From a virus (Duplodnaviria > Caudoviricetes), in the IMG/VR virus record IMGVR_UViG_3300036376_000001, positions 1 through 41,191 of that record: a stretch of 41,191 nucleotides of DNA; one strand, given 5' to 3'. Below are positions 1-8,428 of the stretch, one piece after another. Under the pieces are notes generated by a model. The model was not told the origin of the DNA. It made no database searches and was given only the letters and a program-made list of their open reading frames with translations. Made by a program: the position numbers and the translations under genes. Each line of letters starts with the position of its first letter. The first letter of the stretch is position 1.

Positions 1-2
1 GC

Positions 3-125
3 GTCGGCATCATGATCGGCGGACCGATAGGCGCCATGTCCGTCGCGCTTTGCGTCATGGGCAAGGCCCCTGACCCCGAACCCTCCGCCCTCGACACCCT
101 GCAACGCGTGAGGCGACTGCAATGA
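3..125 (+). CDS. 3' end of a small membrane protein (starts outside the window)
   Basis: Open frame VGIMIGGPIGAMSVALCVMGKAPDPEPSALDTLQRVRRLQ ending at TGA 123-125, with a hydrophobic stretch. Confidence 0.5.
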   Translation, partial: VGIMIGGPIGAMSVALCVMGKAPDPEPSALDTLQRVRRLQ

Positions 126-797
126 AAGGACGGCACCATTCACACCGAGCTGGGGCACCTGCGAATGGTGCTGCTTTGGGCGAAAAAGCGGAGGATGATC
201 GATGCGGTCCCCCACGTTGAGCGACCTGCTAAACCTGCTCCAGCAGAACGGCATCTTACCCGACACCAGTTTGAAAGACTGCTTGATAGTGCTGGGGACG
301 CCTCCCCCCACATTGCCGTATTCTGCCATCTTGCGATTGCGTCAGCGGGGCGAGCCGGAGCACTACTGGACCTTCAATGGGACCGAGTGGATTTTGCGAG
401 AGGGCTCGTCTCCCTCGGGCTACCGAATGCCATCCGCCCGATGAAGGGCCGGGCCACCGTGCCCATGAACGACACCCTTCGCGCCGTGCTTCAGACGGCC
501 AAGGAGAGGGCTCGCAGCCCCTACGTCATCGAGTATGCGGGGGAGAGGGTCGGCAGCGTCAAGAAGGGCCTTGCAGCCGCAGCAAAGCGCGCTGGGCTGG
601 GTCACATCAGCCCGCACGTCCTTCGCCACACGGCTGCCGTATGGATGGCCGAGGCCGGCGTGCCGATGGCAGAGATCGCACAGGTGCTCGGGCATCGCGA
701 CGCGGTCATAACGTCCAGGGTCTACGCGGTATTTTCGCCGCATCATCTGCGCGGCGCCGTGTCGGCGCTGGAGGTGGGGAAGGTGAGGGGGATATGA
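126..797 (+). CDS. int: Tyrosine recombinase/integrase, catalytic domain only; N-terminal part missing
   Basis: Catalytic R (ASAGRAG), K (MKGR), HxxR (HVLRHT), LGH and Y (VYA) are present. Integrase-like sequence KDGTIHTELGHLR continues upstream of ATG 165 to the in-frame TGA at 123-125. Confidence 0.88.
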   Translation, partial: KDGTIHTELGHLRMVLLWAKKRRMIDAVPHVERPAKPAPAERHLTRHQFERLLDSAGDASPHIAVFCHLAIASAGRAGALLDLQWDRVDFARGLVSLGLPNAIRPMKGRATVPMNDTLRAVLQTAKERARSPYVIEYAGERVGSVKKGLAAAAKRAGLGHISPHVLRHTAAVWMAEAGVPMAEIAQVLGHRDAVITSRVYAVFSPHHLRGAVSALEVGKVRGI

Positions 798-996
798 TCC
801 GCTGCGATCTCTGCGGCCGGTTCTGCAAGAGCGGAACATGGGCCGAAATCTACGACATGAGCGGTTGGAGCGGCCTTGAGTATGAGGCGTTCCGTTGCGA
901 CGCCTGCACAGAGAAGGCCGGGCCGGCGACGACTAATGCCCGTCCCTACGATGGCGACTTGACGGGGTATCAAGGTCGGTTTGGCGCTTCTAACAT

Positions 997-1227
<231 letters not shown>

Positions 1228-1240
1228 TGTGGAGGTGCGG

Positions 1241-2209
1241 ATGAACGTCCGCATCACGCAATTGGACGGCAAATTGCCGAACCTTGCACTGATGCGCCTT
1301 TCGGCATGGCATCGGGCGCAGGGCCATGATGTGCGCTTCACGCGCTCGCCCTATCGCCATCTGGACGAGCCGGTTTATGGGCGCGTGTACGGTTCGGCCA
1401 TTTTCGATTTCAGCAAGACACGAGCCGAGCGGCTGGCAGCCGAGTTCCCTGGAGCCATCATCAGCGGGACCGGCGTCGGCAACCCGGTGAACGTCGAGGA
1501 CATCATCGGCGCCGACGTGGGCCTCGATTATTCGCTGTATCCCGACTTCACGGCGTCCATTGGGTTCACGCAACGCGGCTGCCGCCTGTCGTGCAAGTTC
1601 TGCGTCGTGCCGTGGAAAGAGGGCAAGCCGAAGGATGCCAACACGGTTGCCGAACTATGGCGCGGCGAGCCGTGGCCGAGGCACATTCACCTTCTTGATA
1701 ACGATTTTTTTGGAGGGCCGTCCTGGCGCGATCGCATTGCGGAAATTCGCGACGGCGCGTTCAAGGTCAGTTTCACGCAGGGCATCAACGTACGAGCCAT
1801 GACGCCCGAGGTGGCGCAGGCGATCGCGTCCGTCCAGTACCGCGACAACGAGTTCAAGCAACGCCGCCTCTATACGGCGTGGGACAATCTCAAAGACGAG
1901 GAGGTGTTTTTTTGCGGCGTGGACATGCTGGAAGCGGCGGGCGTGCCGCCCACGCACCTCATGGCCTTCATGCTGATTGGTTTCGACAAGCGCGAGACTT
2001 GGGAGCGGATCATGCACCGTTTCGAACGCATGGTCGCGCGCGGCATTCGCCCCTATCCCATGGTCTTTGACAACGACCGCCGCGACCTCAAGCGCTTTCA
2101 GCGGTGGGTTGTGACCGGGCTCTACAGGGCCGTTCCGTTTTCTGAATATGACCCAAGCCGAAAGGCGTCGGACAAGCCTTCTGTTGAACAGATGGAGCTG
2201 TTCGCGTGA
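1241..2209 (+). CDS. Phage radical SAM protein
   Basis: CxxxCxxC motif (GCRLSCKFC); N-terminal PNLALMRLSAWH; GGAGG RBS before ATG 1241. Confidence 0.88.
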   Translation: MNVRITQLDGKLPNLALMRLSAWHRAQGHDVRFTRSPYRHLDEPVYGRVYGSAIFDFSKTRAERLAAEFPGAIISGTGVGNPVNVEDIIGADVGLDYSLYPDFTASIGFTQRGCRLSCKFCVVPWKEGKPKDANTVAELWRGEPWPRHIHLLDNDFFGGPSWRDRIAEIRDGAFKVSFTQGINVRAMTPEVAQAIASVQYRDNEFKQRRLYTAWDNLKDEEVFFCGVDMLEAAGVPPTHLMAFMLIGFDKRETWERIMHRFERMVARGIRPYPMVFDNDRRDLKRFQRWVVTGLYRAVPFSEYDPSRKASDKPSVEQMELFA

Positions 2210-2301
2210 CCCCGCGCCTCTGGCTCTGGCTCCTCTTCCTCCTTGCCGCCTCTGTCTATGGCTGCGTGGCGATGGAGGGGGCACGGTACGGGGTGCCGTG
2301 A
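2206..2301 (+). CDS. 31-aa hydrophobic peptide
   Basis: GTGA overlap with the rSAM stop; MTPRLWLWLLFLLAASVYGCVAMEGARYGVP. Confidence 0.4.
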   Translation: MTPRLWLWLLFLLAASVYGCVAMEGARYGVP

Positions 2302-2331
2302 AAAAAGTTTCTCCCTCCCTCATTATCTAGC

Positions 2332-2359
2332 TTGACGCTACGTAGCGATGTGCTACATT
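2332..2359 (+). promoter_or_regulatory. Sigma70-type promoter with a palindromic operator
   Basis: TTGACG-N16-TACATT with an extended TG; perfect palindrome CGCTACGTAGCG at 2336-2347; upstream A-tract. Confidence 0.65.
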
Positions 2360-2386
2360 GGGGACATCAGAGAGGGAGACACGGAC

Positions 2387-2554
2387 ATGACCAAGACGAT
2401 CAAGTTTACCACCACTGCAGGCCAGCGCATCGAAGGCGAACTGGTCGAAGATATCGGTCACGCGATTATGGTCCGCGTCACCAAGGGCAAAAAGCTTTAC
2501 GTCGGCCGCGTGATGGGCTTCCCGAAGACCAGCATCGTCGGAGCGGGGGCGTAA
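2387..2554 (+). CDS. Small hypothetical protein (55 aa)
   Basis: GGGAGA RBS; MTKTIKFTTTAGQRIEG; phage-like codon usage. Confidence 0.7.
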   Translation: MTKTIKFTTTAGQRIEGELVEDIGHAIMVRVTKGKKLYVGRVMGFPKTSIVGAGA

Positions 2555-2585
2555 GCCCCCCCCACCCCACACAGGAGACACGCAG

Positions 2586-2825
2586 ATGACCGACCGCATT
2601 CTCAAACGGCAGGACGTCAACGGCAATTACGACTATGTCTGGTTCGCCATTGGCCCGTCCACCTATCGAGCCCGCGCCCTCGGCAACGACGTGTGGGACA
2701 TCCAGCGGGTGTTCAAAACCACGCCGTCCGTCGCAGTGGCGTCCGCGACGTACAACCGTCTCCGCGACATCATGCGCGGGCTGTTGGAAGCCGACGAGCT
2801 TCAGGTCATGCGCAATGCATCCTGA
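2586..2825 (+). CDS. Small hypothetical protein (79 aa)
   Basis: AGGAGA RBS; lies within the small-gene operon. Confidence 0.7.
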   Translation: MTDRILKRQDVNGNYDYVWFAIGPSTYRARALGNDVWDIQRVFKTTPSVAVASATYNRLRDIMRGLLEADELQVMRNAS

Positions 2826-3021
2826 CGAGTTCCGCGCCCTCCTCAAGCGCCTCGGCATCTCCCGCGACACGCTGGCCGACTACCTGCGTGTCCACCCCGT
2901 GACAGCCCGCAGATGGGGCACGCCAAAGGCAACGCAGATGCACCCCCACACGTCCATCCTGCTCAGGCTGGTCGAGCAGGGCAGGGTGACGCTGGACGAG
3001 ATCAAGGAGATGGGACGATGA
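2815..3021 (+). CDS. Small HTH (XRE-like) regulator
   Basis: MHPDEFRALLKRLGISRDTLADYLRVHPVTARRWG fits a helix-turn-helix pattern. Confidence 0.75.
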   Translation: MHPDEFRALLKRLGISRDTLADYLRVHPVTARRWGTPKATQMHPHTSILLRLVEQGRVTLDEIKEMGR

Positions 3022-3302
3022 CGCCGGAAGAGATCGTCGCGAGGGCGATATGGCGCTCGCTGGAGCCCGGCAAGGTGCAAGATGAATGGTGGCAGCACCA
3101 TACCCCCGAAGCCCGCGCCGCCCTCAGTGCGCTGGAGGAGGCGGGGTACGCCGTGGTGCCCGCCGAAGCTACCGGGAAAATGTGGGAAGCGGGGAAGGAA
3201 GCCGACGCGCACCCCGGCGATAGCTACAGCGCCATATGGCGCGCAATGCTAGACGCCGCCGCTCATGTTCCTCCGGGCAGCACGAAGGCGCAGAATGTGT
3301 AA
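3018..3302 (+). CDS. Hypothetical phage protein
   Basis: ATGA overlap; MTPEEIVARAIW...ARAALSALEEAGYAVVP...IWRAMLDAA. Confidence 0.7.
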   Translation: MTPEEIVARAIWRSLEPGKVQDEWWQHHTPEARAALSALEEAGYAVVPAEATGKMWEAGKEADAHPGDSYSAIWRAMLDAAAHVPPGSTKAQNV

Positions 3303-3700
3303 AAGTTGGGATCGGGATTATCTGGACCGAAATGGGACGGGCTGTTCCAGGTTGTGCCCCGTGGCTTTCCACACCACCCCGCCGGGTACGCGGGCGACAT
3401 CGGAGTGACTTCCTTCGTCGTAGCGTTGCGGGGGTAGTCCCAATGGATTTTGACGTTCGGCACGAACACCTTGGCGTGGTAACGCCGCGACAAGATCCAC
3501 ACTCCGTCCGCCGTGTATTGAAGCTGGCTATCTGTCAGGTGTTCGCAATCGGAGCTGGGGTCGTTCATGTCATCTGACCCGCCGCAGCACAGACGACCCG
3601 TTGCGGCGTCGTTCCGTTCGTACACGCCCATCCAGTCATCGTGAGCGTGGGCGAGCGAGGCCGTGGCGGCGAGAGCCGCAGCGAGGACAAATTTTAGCAT
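3263..3700 (-). CDS. Exported Cys-containing protein
   Basis: Signal peptide MLKFVLAAALAATASLAHA; CCGGSD..DC motif. Confidence 0.7.
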   Translation of the reverse strand: MLKFVLAAALAATASLAHAHDDWMGVYERNDAATGRLCCGGSDDMNDPSSDCEHLTDSQLQYTADGVWILSRRYHAKVFVPNVKIHWDYPRNATTKEVTPMSPAYPAGWCGKPRGTTWNSPSHFGPDNPDPNFYTFCAFVLPGGT

Positions 3701-3713
3701 GGGTGCTCCGGGT

Positions 3714-3977
3714 TCAGGCTTCGCGGCCGGTGGTAATCCAACAATCCGTGATGGGGTTCGGTACGTCGTCCACGGGCTTCGGCTCGGCCGCCTTCTGCTT
3801 CCGCCGCAGGAAGGCCAAGGACGCGCCTTTGCGCCATTCGGCAAGCTCGGCCTCCAACTCCTCAATGCGCAGGAAGTCGATGGCGAGGCGGCGGCAGGCG
3901 TCCTCAAAGGCAGCGGGGATGTTGCCGTGGTGCTCGTCCAGAAGGGACTGGCGCACGAGGTCGGTCACGTCACGCAT
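3714..3977 (-). CDS. Hypothetical protein
   Basis: GAGGA RBS; MRDVTDLVRQSLL; overlaps the HNH stop. Confidence 0.55.
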   Translation of the reverse strand: MRDVTDLVRQSLLDEHHGNIPAAFEDACRRLAIDFLRIEELEAELAEWRKGASLAFLRRKQKAAEPKPVDDVPNPITDCWITTGREA

Positions 3978-4446
3978 GGCATCCTCTCTGGGTAATGCCG
4001 TTGCGCAATTCGGCCACCGCTGCGTGATATGCGGCGGACGCGTCTTCTTTGGTCGAATAACCGCCCAGGCTGCGACGTTTGCCGTCCACCTTGATGGAGG
4101 CATACCAGCGTCCGTTTTGCTGATATGCGCCTGTGCAGCGTTTTACGTTCCACATGTTCTGGGACCGCGTGGCCAAGCGCAGATTGGACCACCTATTGTC
4201 GTTGCGAACGCCATTGACGTGGTCGACATCCGCCGGCGGAAGGCTTCCGGTCATGTAGAGAAAGGCCAGTCGGTGCGCGTATGACTTGTACCCGTCCACG
4301 ACCATGGAGACGTAACCGTTCTTGTTGACGGCCCCGCATTCGCTTCCGGCGGAGTATCCCTTGATTGCACAGCGCCGAGTGAAAACACCTTTCTCTGGGT
4401 CATATATAACCAGTTCGCGGAGCCGCTCTGCAGTCAGGCTAGCCAT
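3970..4446 (-). CDS. HNH endonuclease with AP2-like C-terminus
   Basis: AHRLAF...VDHVNGVRNDNRWSNLR; C-terminal RWYASIKVDGKRRSLG. Confidence 0.9.
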   Translation of the reverse strand: MASLTAERLRELVIYDPEKGVFTRRCAIKGYSAGSECGAVNKNGYVSMVVDGYKSYAHRLAFLYMTGSLPPADVDHVNGVRNDNRWSNLRLATRSQNMWNVKRCTGAYQQNGRWYASIKVDGKRRSLGGYSTKEDASAAYHAAVAELRNGITQRGCHA

Positions 4447-5476
4447 ACATCTTCTCCAAGGAAGACATCGGGATAAACCGATGCTCTGTGATGTGTCCGC
4501 CCTGCACGGTTACGTCGTAGATCCCCCAGCTATACCCACCCTGCTCTGCAACGTTGTAGCGCGGGAAGTAGCCATGAGGCATCGCACTTCCAAGGTTCAG
4601 GATCTCGATGGATCTTTGTGGGCCTATCTTCGGAACTCTCAGGAACTGCCCGCGATGGCTGTCACCAAAGACAAGGCTGAAGACAAGATCATTGGCAATC
4701 GGATTTAGAGTTTTACCACGATACGGCTTGTCCATCAAGTTGTGAGGGACATGCGTCCACGCAGTGCCCGCAATAAACAGGTACTTCTTGTAGTCGGTTA
4801 CGCGCCAGTCGTAACGCGCAAACAGATCCATGAGCTGCGTCCATAGAACTCCTTCGAGTTCTGCTGTTGCGCTTTCCCACAACAGGACACGATGTTCATG
4901 GTTTCCGAGCGTGATGTAGTGCTGGATAGGGCTGTCGCCGAGCGCTTTTCGGTAGATGGACAAAGCCTCTTCCAGGCTATCCATCTCGGCGCGAAAAGAC
5001 GCGCGCTGTTTCTGGCTTATGCTGCCGGGCGCGTCGTGCTTCGACAAGCTGTCGAAACTGGCGATGTCGCCAATCTGCACAACCTTGTCCGGCCGCGTCT
5101 CGCGGACATGGTGGCCGATCCAGCGAAGGCGGTCTTTCGGAATTTCTGGCGCGTCGTGGAGGTCGCCAATGGCGCAGATGCGGATCGGCTCGCCCTCCGG
5201 TGCCGCCTCAGAGGCAGCCCGCACAATGACACGCGGCTTTGCCGGTGGCGTAAACTCGACTTCCGGCAGGGGCGGCACCGCCTCCGGTTCCAGCCCGTAT
5301 GTCTGCCGGGCCGTGCGAAGGCGGCTGTGCAGCGTCTTTTCGTTCAGGTTGAGAACTCGAGCCGCCTCGGCGATGGCGCTGGGGTTGGCGTTGAAGACGA
5401 AGCCTCCACGGACTGCGGCGGATACCGCGTCAACCGCCTGCTTCGCCAGTTCGTAGCGCAGCGGGGTGTTGGCCAT
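4439..5476 (-). CDS. Calcineurin-like metallophosphoesterase
   Basis: GDLH, GD, GNHE and GDSH motifs. Confidence 0.85.
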   Translation of the reverse strand: MANTPLRYELAKQAVDAVSAAVRGGFVFNANPSAIAEAARVLNLNEKTLHSRLRTARQTYGLEPEAVPPLPEVEFTPPAKPRVIVRAASEAAPEGEPIRICAIGDLHDAPEIPKDRLRWIGHHVRETRPDKVVQIGDIASFDSLSKHDAPGSISQKQRASFRAEMDSLEEALSIYRKALGDSPIQHYITLGNHEHRVLLWESATAELEGVLWTQLMDLFARYDWRVTDYKKYLFIAGTAWTHVPHNLMDKPYRGKTLNPIANDLVFSLVFGDSHRGQFLRVPKIGPQRSIEILNLGSAMPHGYFPRYNVAEQGGYSWGIYDVTVQGGHITEHRFIPMSSLEKMYG

Positions 5477-5803
5477 TCACGGCCTCGGCGTTGCGTCGAG
5501 CCGGTCGAGCTTCTGCTCGATGCGCCTCAGGACATCGACAGCGGCAGACATCTTTTCTTCGAGCCGCGTCGTCCTCTCGCGCTCGCGATTGATCAACTCC
5601 CACCGCTCGTCGGACAACTTCGTGCTGGCCTCCAAAAACCGCTGCTGGTCCCCGTCATGCACCTCAAGGGTGCTGACCCGTGCGTCCAGCTTGGCCGCCC
5701 ACCACACCAAGGCGCACGTCTGGACGACAATCGCCAGGATGATGGCGATGGGCACCTTCTTGTCGAGGTGCCAGTTCTCATTCGGGGGAAGAGGATCGGT
5801 CAT
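5477..5803 (-). CDS. Single-TM coiled-coil protein, lysis-cassette associated
   Basis: WHLDKKVPIAIILAIVVQT TM helix followed by a coiled coil. Confidence 0.7.
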   Translation of the reverse strand: MTDPLPPNENWHLDKKVPIAIILAIVVQTCALVWWAAKLDARVSTLEVHDGDQQRFLEASTKLSDERWELINRERERTTRLEEKMSAAVDVLRRIEQKLDRLDATPRP

Positions 5804-6086
5804 TCTCGGCCGCTCCATAAGAGTGGGTCACGTCTTCGTAAAACAGGCGTGCCCGGCTCAACCGGGAGTTGGCCTCAACGAGCGCTGCGACGCTTCGCGC
5901 TGCGTATTCTCTTGCGTCCACGCCAGCACGCGGCGGAACGGGGCTGACGGGGGACAGGTCAGCGGGGAACGGGGGAAGGGACGGGCGCACCACCACGGGA
6001 GCGGGAGATGATGTTGCGCAGCCGGACAACGTCGGCGTCGCCAAGCACGCAAGCAGGCTCAGGACGCGCGGCCAGTTCTGCGGCAT
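5778..6086 (-). CDS. o-spanin (Rz1-like lipoprotein)
   Basis: Lipobox LSGC; Pro-rich; overlaps the i-spanin 3' end. Confidence 0.7.
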   Translation of the reverse strand: MPQNWPRVLSLLACLATPTLSGCATSSPAPVVVRPSLPPFPADLSPVSPVPPRAGVDAREYAARSVAALVEANSRLSRARLFYEDVTHSYGAAENDRSSSPE

Positions 6087-6354
6087 AGCGTTCGACCTCG
6101 TCGGAGTTCTCTCGGGCGGCCTGCTCGGCCAGTGCGGCGCGGCGTTCTGCCTGCTCCGTCACATCCTTCAGCGCCTCTGCCTGCCGCTGGTGCTCGGCAA
6201 TGACGGCGTCGCGGGCGTGGATGCCCTGCTCAAGCGCGGCGATTTCCGCCTTGCGATCCGCCCACTTTGCCCCCTGCCAGAAGCCGCCCAGGAAGGTGCC
6301 GACGAACAGGACGATGCCAGCCAGCAGCACGTAGGGGTTCAGGAGCGAAGGCAT
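5959..6354 (-). CDS. i-spanin (Rz-like)
   Basis: N-terminal TM helix, coiled coil and C-terminal Cys; follows the endolysin. Confidence 0.75.
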   Translation of the reverse strand: MPSLLNPYVLLAGIVLFVGTFLGGFWQGAKWADRKAEIAALEQGIHARDAVIAEHQRQAEALKDVTEQAERRAALAEQAARENSDEVERYAAELAARPEPACVLGDADVVRLRNIISRSRGGAPVPSPVPR

Positions 6355-6806
6355 AGCTGCCTCTCGGCTTCCCTGCGGCGCGTCAGGCCGGGGAACACGA
6401 TGCCGCCGGCCCGGTTGAACTTCAGGAAGCTGTCGCAGGCGGCGCGGACGTTGCCGGCGTTGAAGTTGCGGGCGACGGAGGACTTGCAGAACGCGCCTGT
6501 CCCGATGTTGTAGGCAAGCGAGATAGAGGCCGCCATCTGGGCAGGAGTGAGAGGCGCGGTGACACAGGCACGCACGCCCCGTTCGAAGTCTTCCAGACGA
6601 CCCGCCAGCATCTCATCGCATTCCGCCTTGCTGTACGTGTCGCCCCTCTGCACGCCGTCCGTTTCGCCGTAGCAGACCGTCCAGACCCGCGCCGGGCTGA
6701 AGTCCTGGTACGCCTTCTGACGCAGCCCCTCGAACCCCGCCACCAACGGCAACGCAAGCGCGATGGCCGCCGACTTGCGAGGGTTGGCGCGGATGGTCTT
6801 AATCAC
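6339..6806 (-). CDS. Endolysin, GH24 lysozyme with SAR-like N-terminus
   Basis: FEGLRQKAYQD...WTVCYGET, AYNIG and GLTRRREAERQLC motifs; Ala-rich N-terminal anchor; GTG start at 6806. Confidence 0.92.
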   Translation of the reverse strand: MIKTIRANPRKSAAIALALPLVAGFEGLRQKAYQDFSPARVWTVCYGETDGVQRGDTYSKAECDEMLAGRLEDFERGVRACVTAPLTPAQMAASISLAYNIGTGAFCKSSVARNFNAGNVRAACDSFLKFNRAGGIVFPGLTRRREAERQLCLRS

Positions 6807-7029
6807 GATGAAGGCTCGGCTGCTTGATGATGCGGGCGAGCGGGACGATGGCGACGCACAGGAAGCCCAGCACGCACAGGCCGGCAACAAGCTCGATGTA
6901 CTTCCAGTCGCCCAGCTCGTCCGCGAAGACGTAAACGGCGCCCGCCATCACGAAGCAGAAGTTGCTCGCAGCGGCGAACCACACGGATGCGGAGCGCAGG
7001 AGAACCTGACGCCAGTTATCCACTAGCAC
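6799..7029 (-). CDS. Holin-like membrane protein
   Basis: (M)LVDNWRQVLLRSASVW; two TM helices; ends ARIIKQ; immediately upstream of the endolysin. Confidence 0.7.
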   Translation of the reverse strand: MLVDNWRQVLLRSASVWFAAASNFCFVMAGAVYVFADELGDWKYIELVAGLCVLGFLCVAIVPLARIIKQPSLHRD

Positions 7030-7142
7030 CTGTTCGTCTCCACACACCGGACGCCCTTGTACAGGTCGCCCATGCCGTCGTTGTGCCGTCCGCACGCGGA
7101 AAGGGCCACGGCGAGAGCCGCAGCCAGGATCAGGATGCGCAT
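7023..7142 (-). CDS. 39-aa lipoprotein (not in the ORF track)
   Basis: MRILILAAALAVALSACGRHNDGMGDLYKGVRCVETNRC; lipobox LSAC. Confidence 0.65.
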   Translation of the reverse strand: MRILILAAALAVALSACGRHNDGMGDLYKGVRCVETNRC

Positions 7143-7144
7143 GT

Positions 7145-7186
7145 GGAGATTGCCTATATCTAGGACGAAATCCGGGAATTCGTCAA
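7145..7186 (-). promoter_or_regulatory. Putative late promoter of the lysis cassette
   Basis: TTGACG-N18-TAGATATAGGCAATCTCC; the 18-mer is 17/18 identical to the site upstream of terS. Confidence 0.55.
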
Positions 7187-7214
7187 CTGTGACAAATGGT
7201 TAACGGTGATAAGC

Positions 7215-8357
7215 TTACGAATAGAAGATGTTCACCGCACCCGCGTCGAACGTGTCCGTGCCGCCGACAGTCGTCAGCCGCAGGAAGTCGAGCGTGCCGG
7301 ACAGGGACACGTCGCCTCCGCCGAGAGAAACCTGCGTCGTGCTGTTCTTCACCGTATGCGAGGCCACCCACTGGTTGCCCGTCAGGTTGGTGATGACGAC
7401 ATGGCCCGAGGTGACGCTGGCCGCCGCCGACCCCTGGTTGACGATGAAGCCCGCCGTGGAGGACGCGCCGGCCGTGTTGTTGGACTGGTTGAGCACGTTG
7501 CTGGTTGCGACATAGCCCGTCGTCGTGGCCGCACCGCCCGTGCCGATCTGAACGAGAAGCTGGTTTGTGCCGCTGGTCGAGACACCGGCCAGCATGAGCG
7601 TAATCCGTTTGATGCCAGACGGGATGCTGGAGAAGTCGATATTCGTGCCGGACGTCGTGTTCTGCGCCGTGGCGGCAGTCGGACCGGCCTTCAGCGGATT
7701 GGCGACCGTTCCCGTGCCGGACAGGCCGGTGGAGACGGACAGCACGATGGGCAGGCCGCTGGCGCGCTGGTAGTCGACGCAGATCCAGTTGCCGGCGCCC
7801 AGGGACACGAACTCAGCGGTGTCGCCCGCAGCGGTCGTGATGTTGGCCGCGCCTGGCAGGATGAGGCTGGTGCCGTTGTGCGTGAGCGTCAGGGCGCCTG
7901 CAAACTTCAGCCGCCGGTAGGTGCCCGTCGCCACCGTGCCAAACGCCGTGATGGTCGTCGTGCCGGTGATGTTCAGGTTGCGGGACAGGACGGCGCCGAG
8001 GTCCACTGTGGACGCGGAGGCCGTGTCGGTCCACGCTCCCTCGACAATGCCCGTGCTATCAAACTCTGTCACCTTGACGCCGCCAACCGCGACTGCCACC
8101 TTGTTGGCAGCGGGCGAATAGATGCCCGAGTCAAGATCTCCCGTGAAGGTCAATCCGGGGACGGAATTCGACCCCGCATCGAGCTTCAACTGGGCACCGA
8201 CGCCCATCCCCTTGGACCCGTTTGTCGGCAGGGACCCCGTCAGTTCCGAGGCGACGTCGTCGGCGAGGTTGTTGTAGGCATCCGGGTCAATGGTCGTGTC
8301 AAAGACGGCGGTCGTACCGGACGGTTTGGTATATATTCCTGACGAGTCTCGGGGCAC
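7215..8357 (-). CDS. Tail fibre/spike protein
   Basis: Likely GTG start (M)PRDSSGIYTKP with a podovirus fibre-like N-terminus; Thr/Gly-rich; LILPGAANITTAAGD module. Confidence 0.75.
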   Translation of the reverse strand: MPRDSSGIYTKPSGTTAVFDTTIDPDAYNNLADDVASELTGSLPTNGSKGMGVGAQLKLDAGSNSVPGLTFTGDLDSGIYSPAANKVAVAVGGVKVTEFDSTGIVEGAWTDTASASTVDLGAVLSRNLNITGTTTITAFGTVATGTYRRLKFAGALTLTHNGTSLILPGAANITTAAGDTAEFVSLGAGNWICVDYQRASGLPIVLSVSTGLSGTGTVANPLKAGPTAATAQNTTSGTNIDFSSIPSGIKRITLMLAGVSTSGTNQLLVQIGTGGAATTTGYVATSNVLNQSNNTAGASSTAGFIVNQGSAAASVTSGHVVITNLTGNQWVASHTVKNSTTQVSLGGGDVSLSGTLDFLRLTTVGGTDTFDAGAVNIFYS

Positions 8358-8428
8358 TTTCGCACTCCTCTTGCGTTGCGCGGCATAACGCGTCATACTC
8401 GCTGACGTCTCCAGCGAGGTGTTATGCT

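Noticed and set aside
2282-2306. Hairpin CACGGTAC/GTGCCGTG as a terminator
   Set aside because: The A-tract is on the wrong side for termination on either strand; it is more likely an UP element of the downstream promoter.
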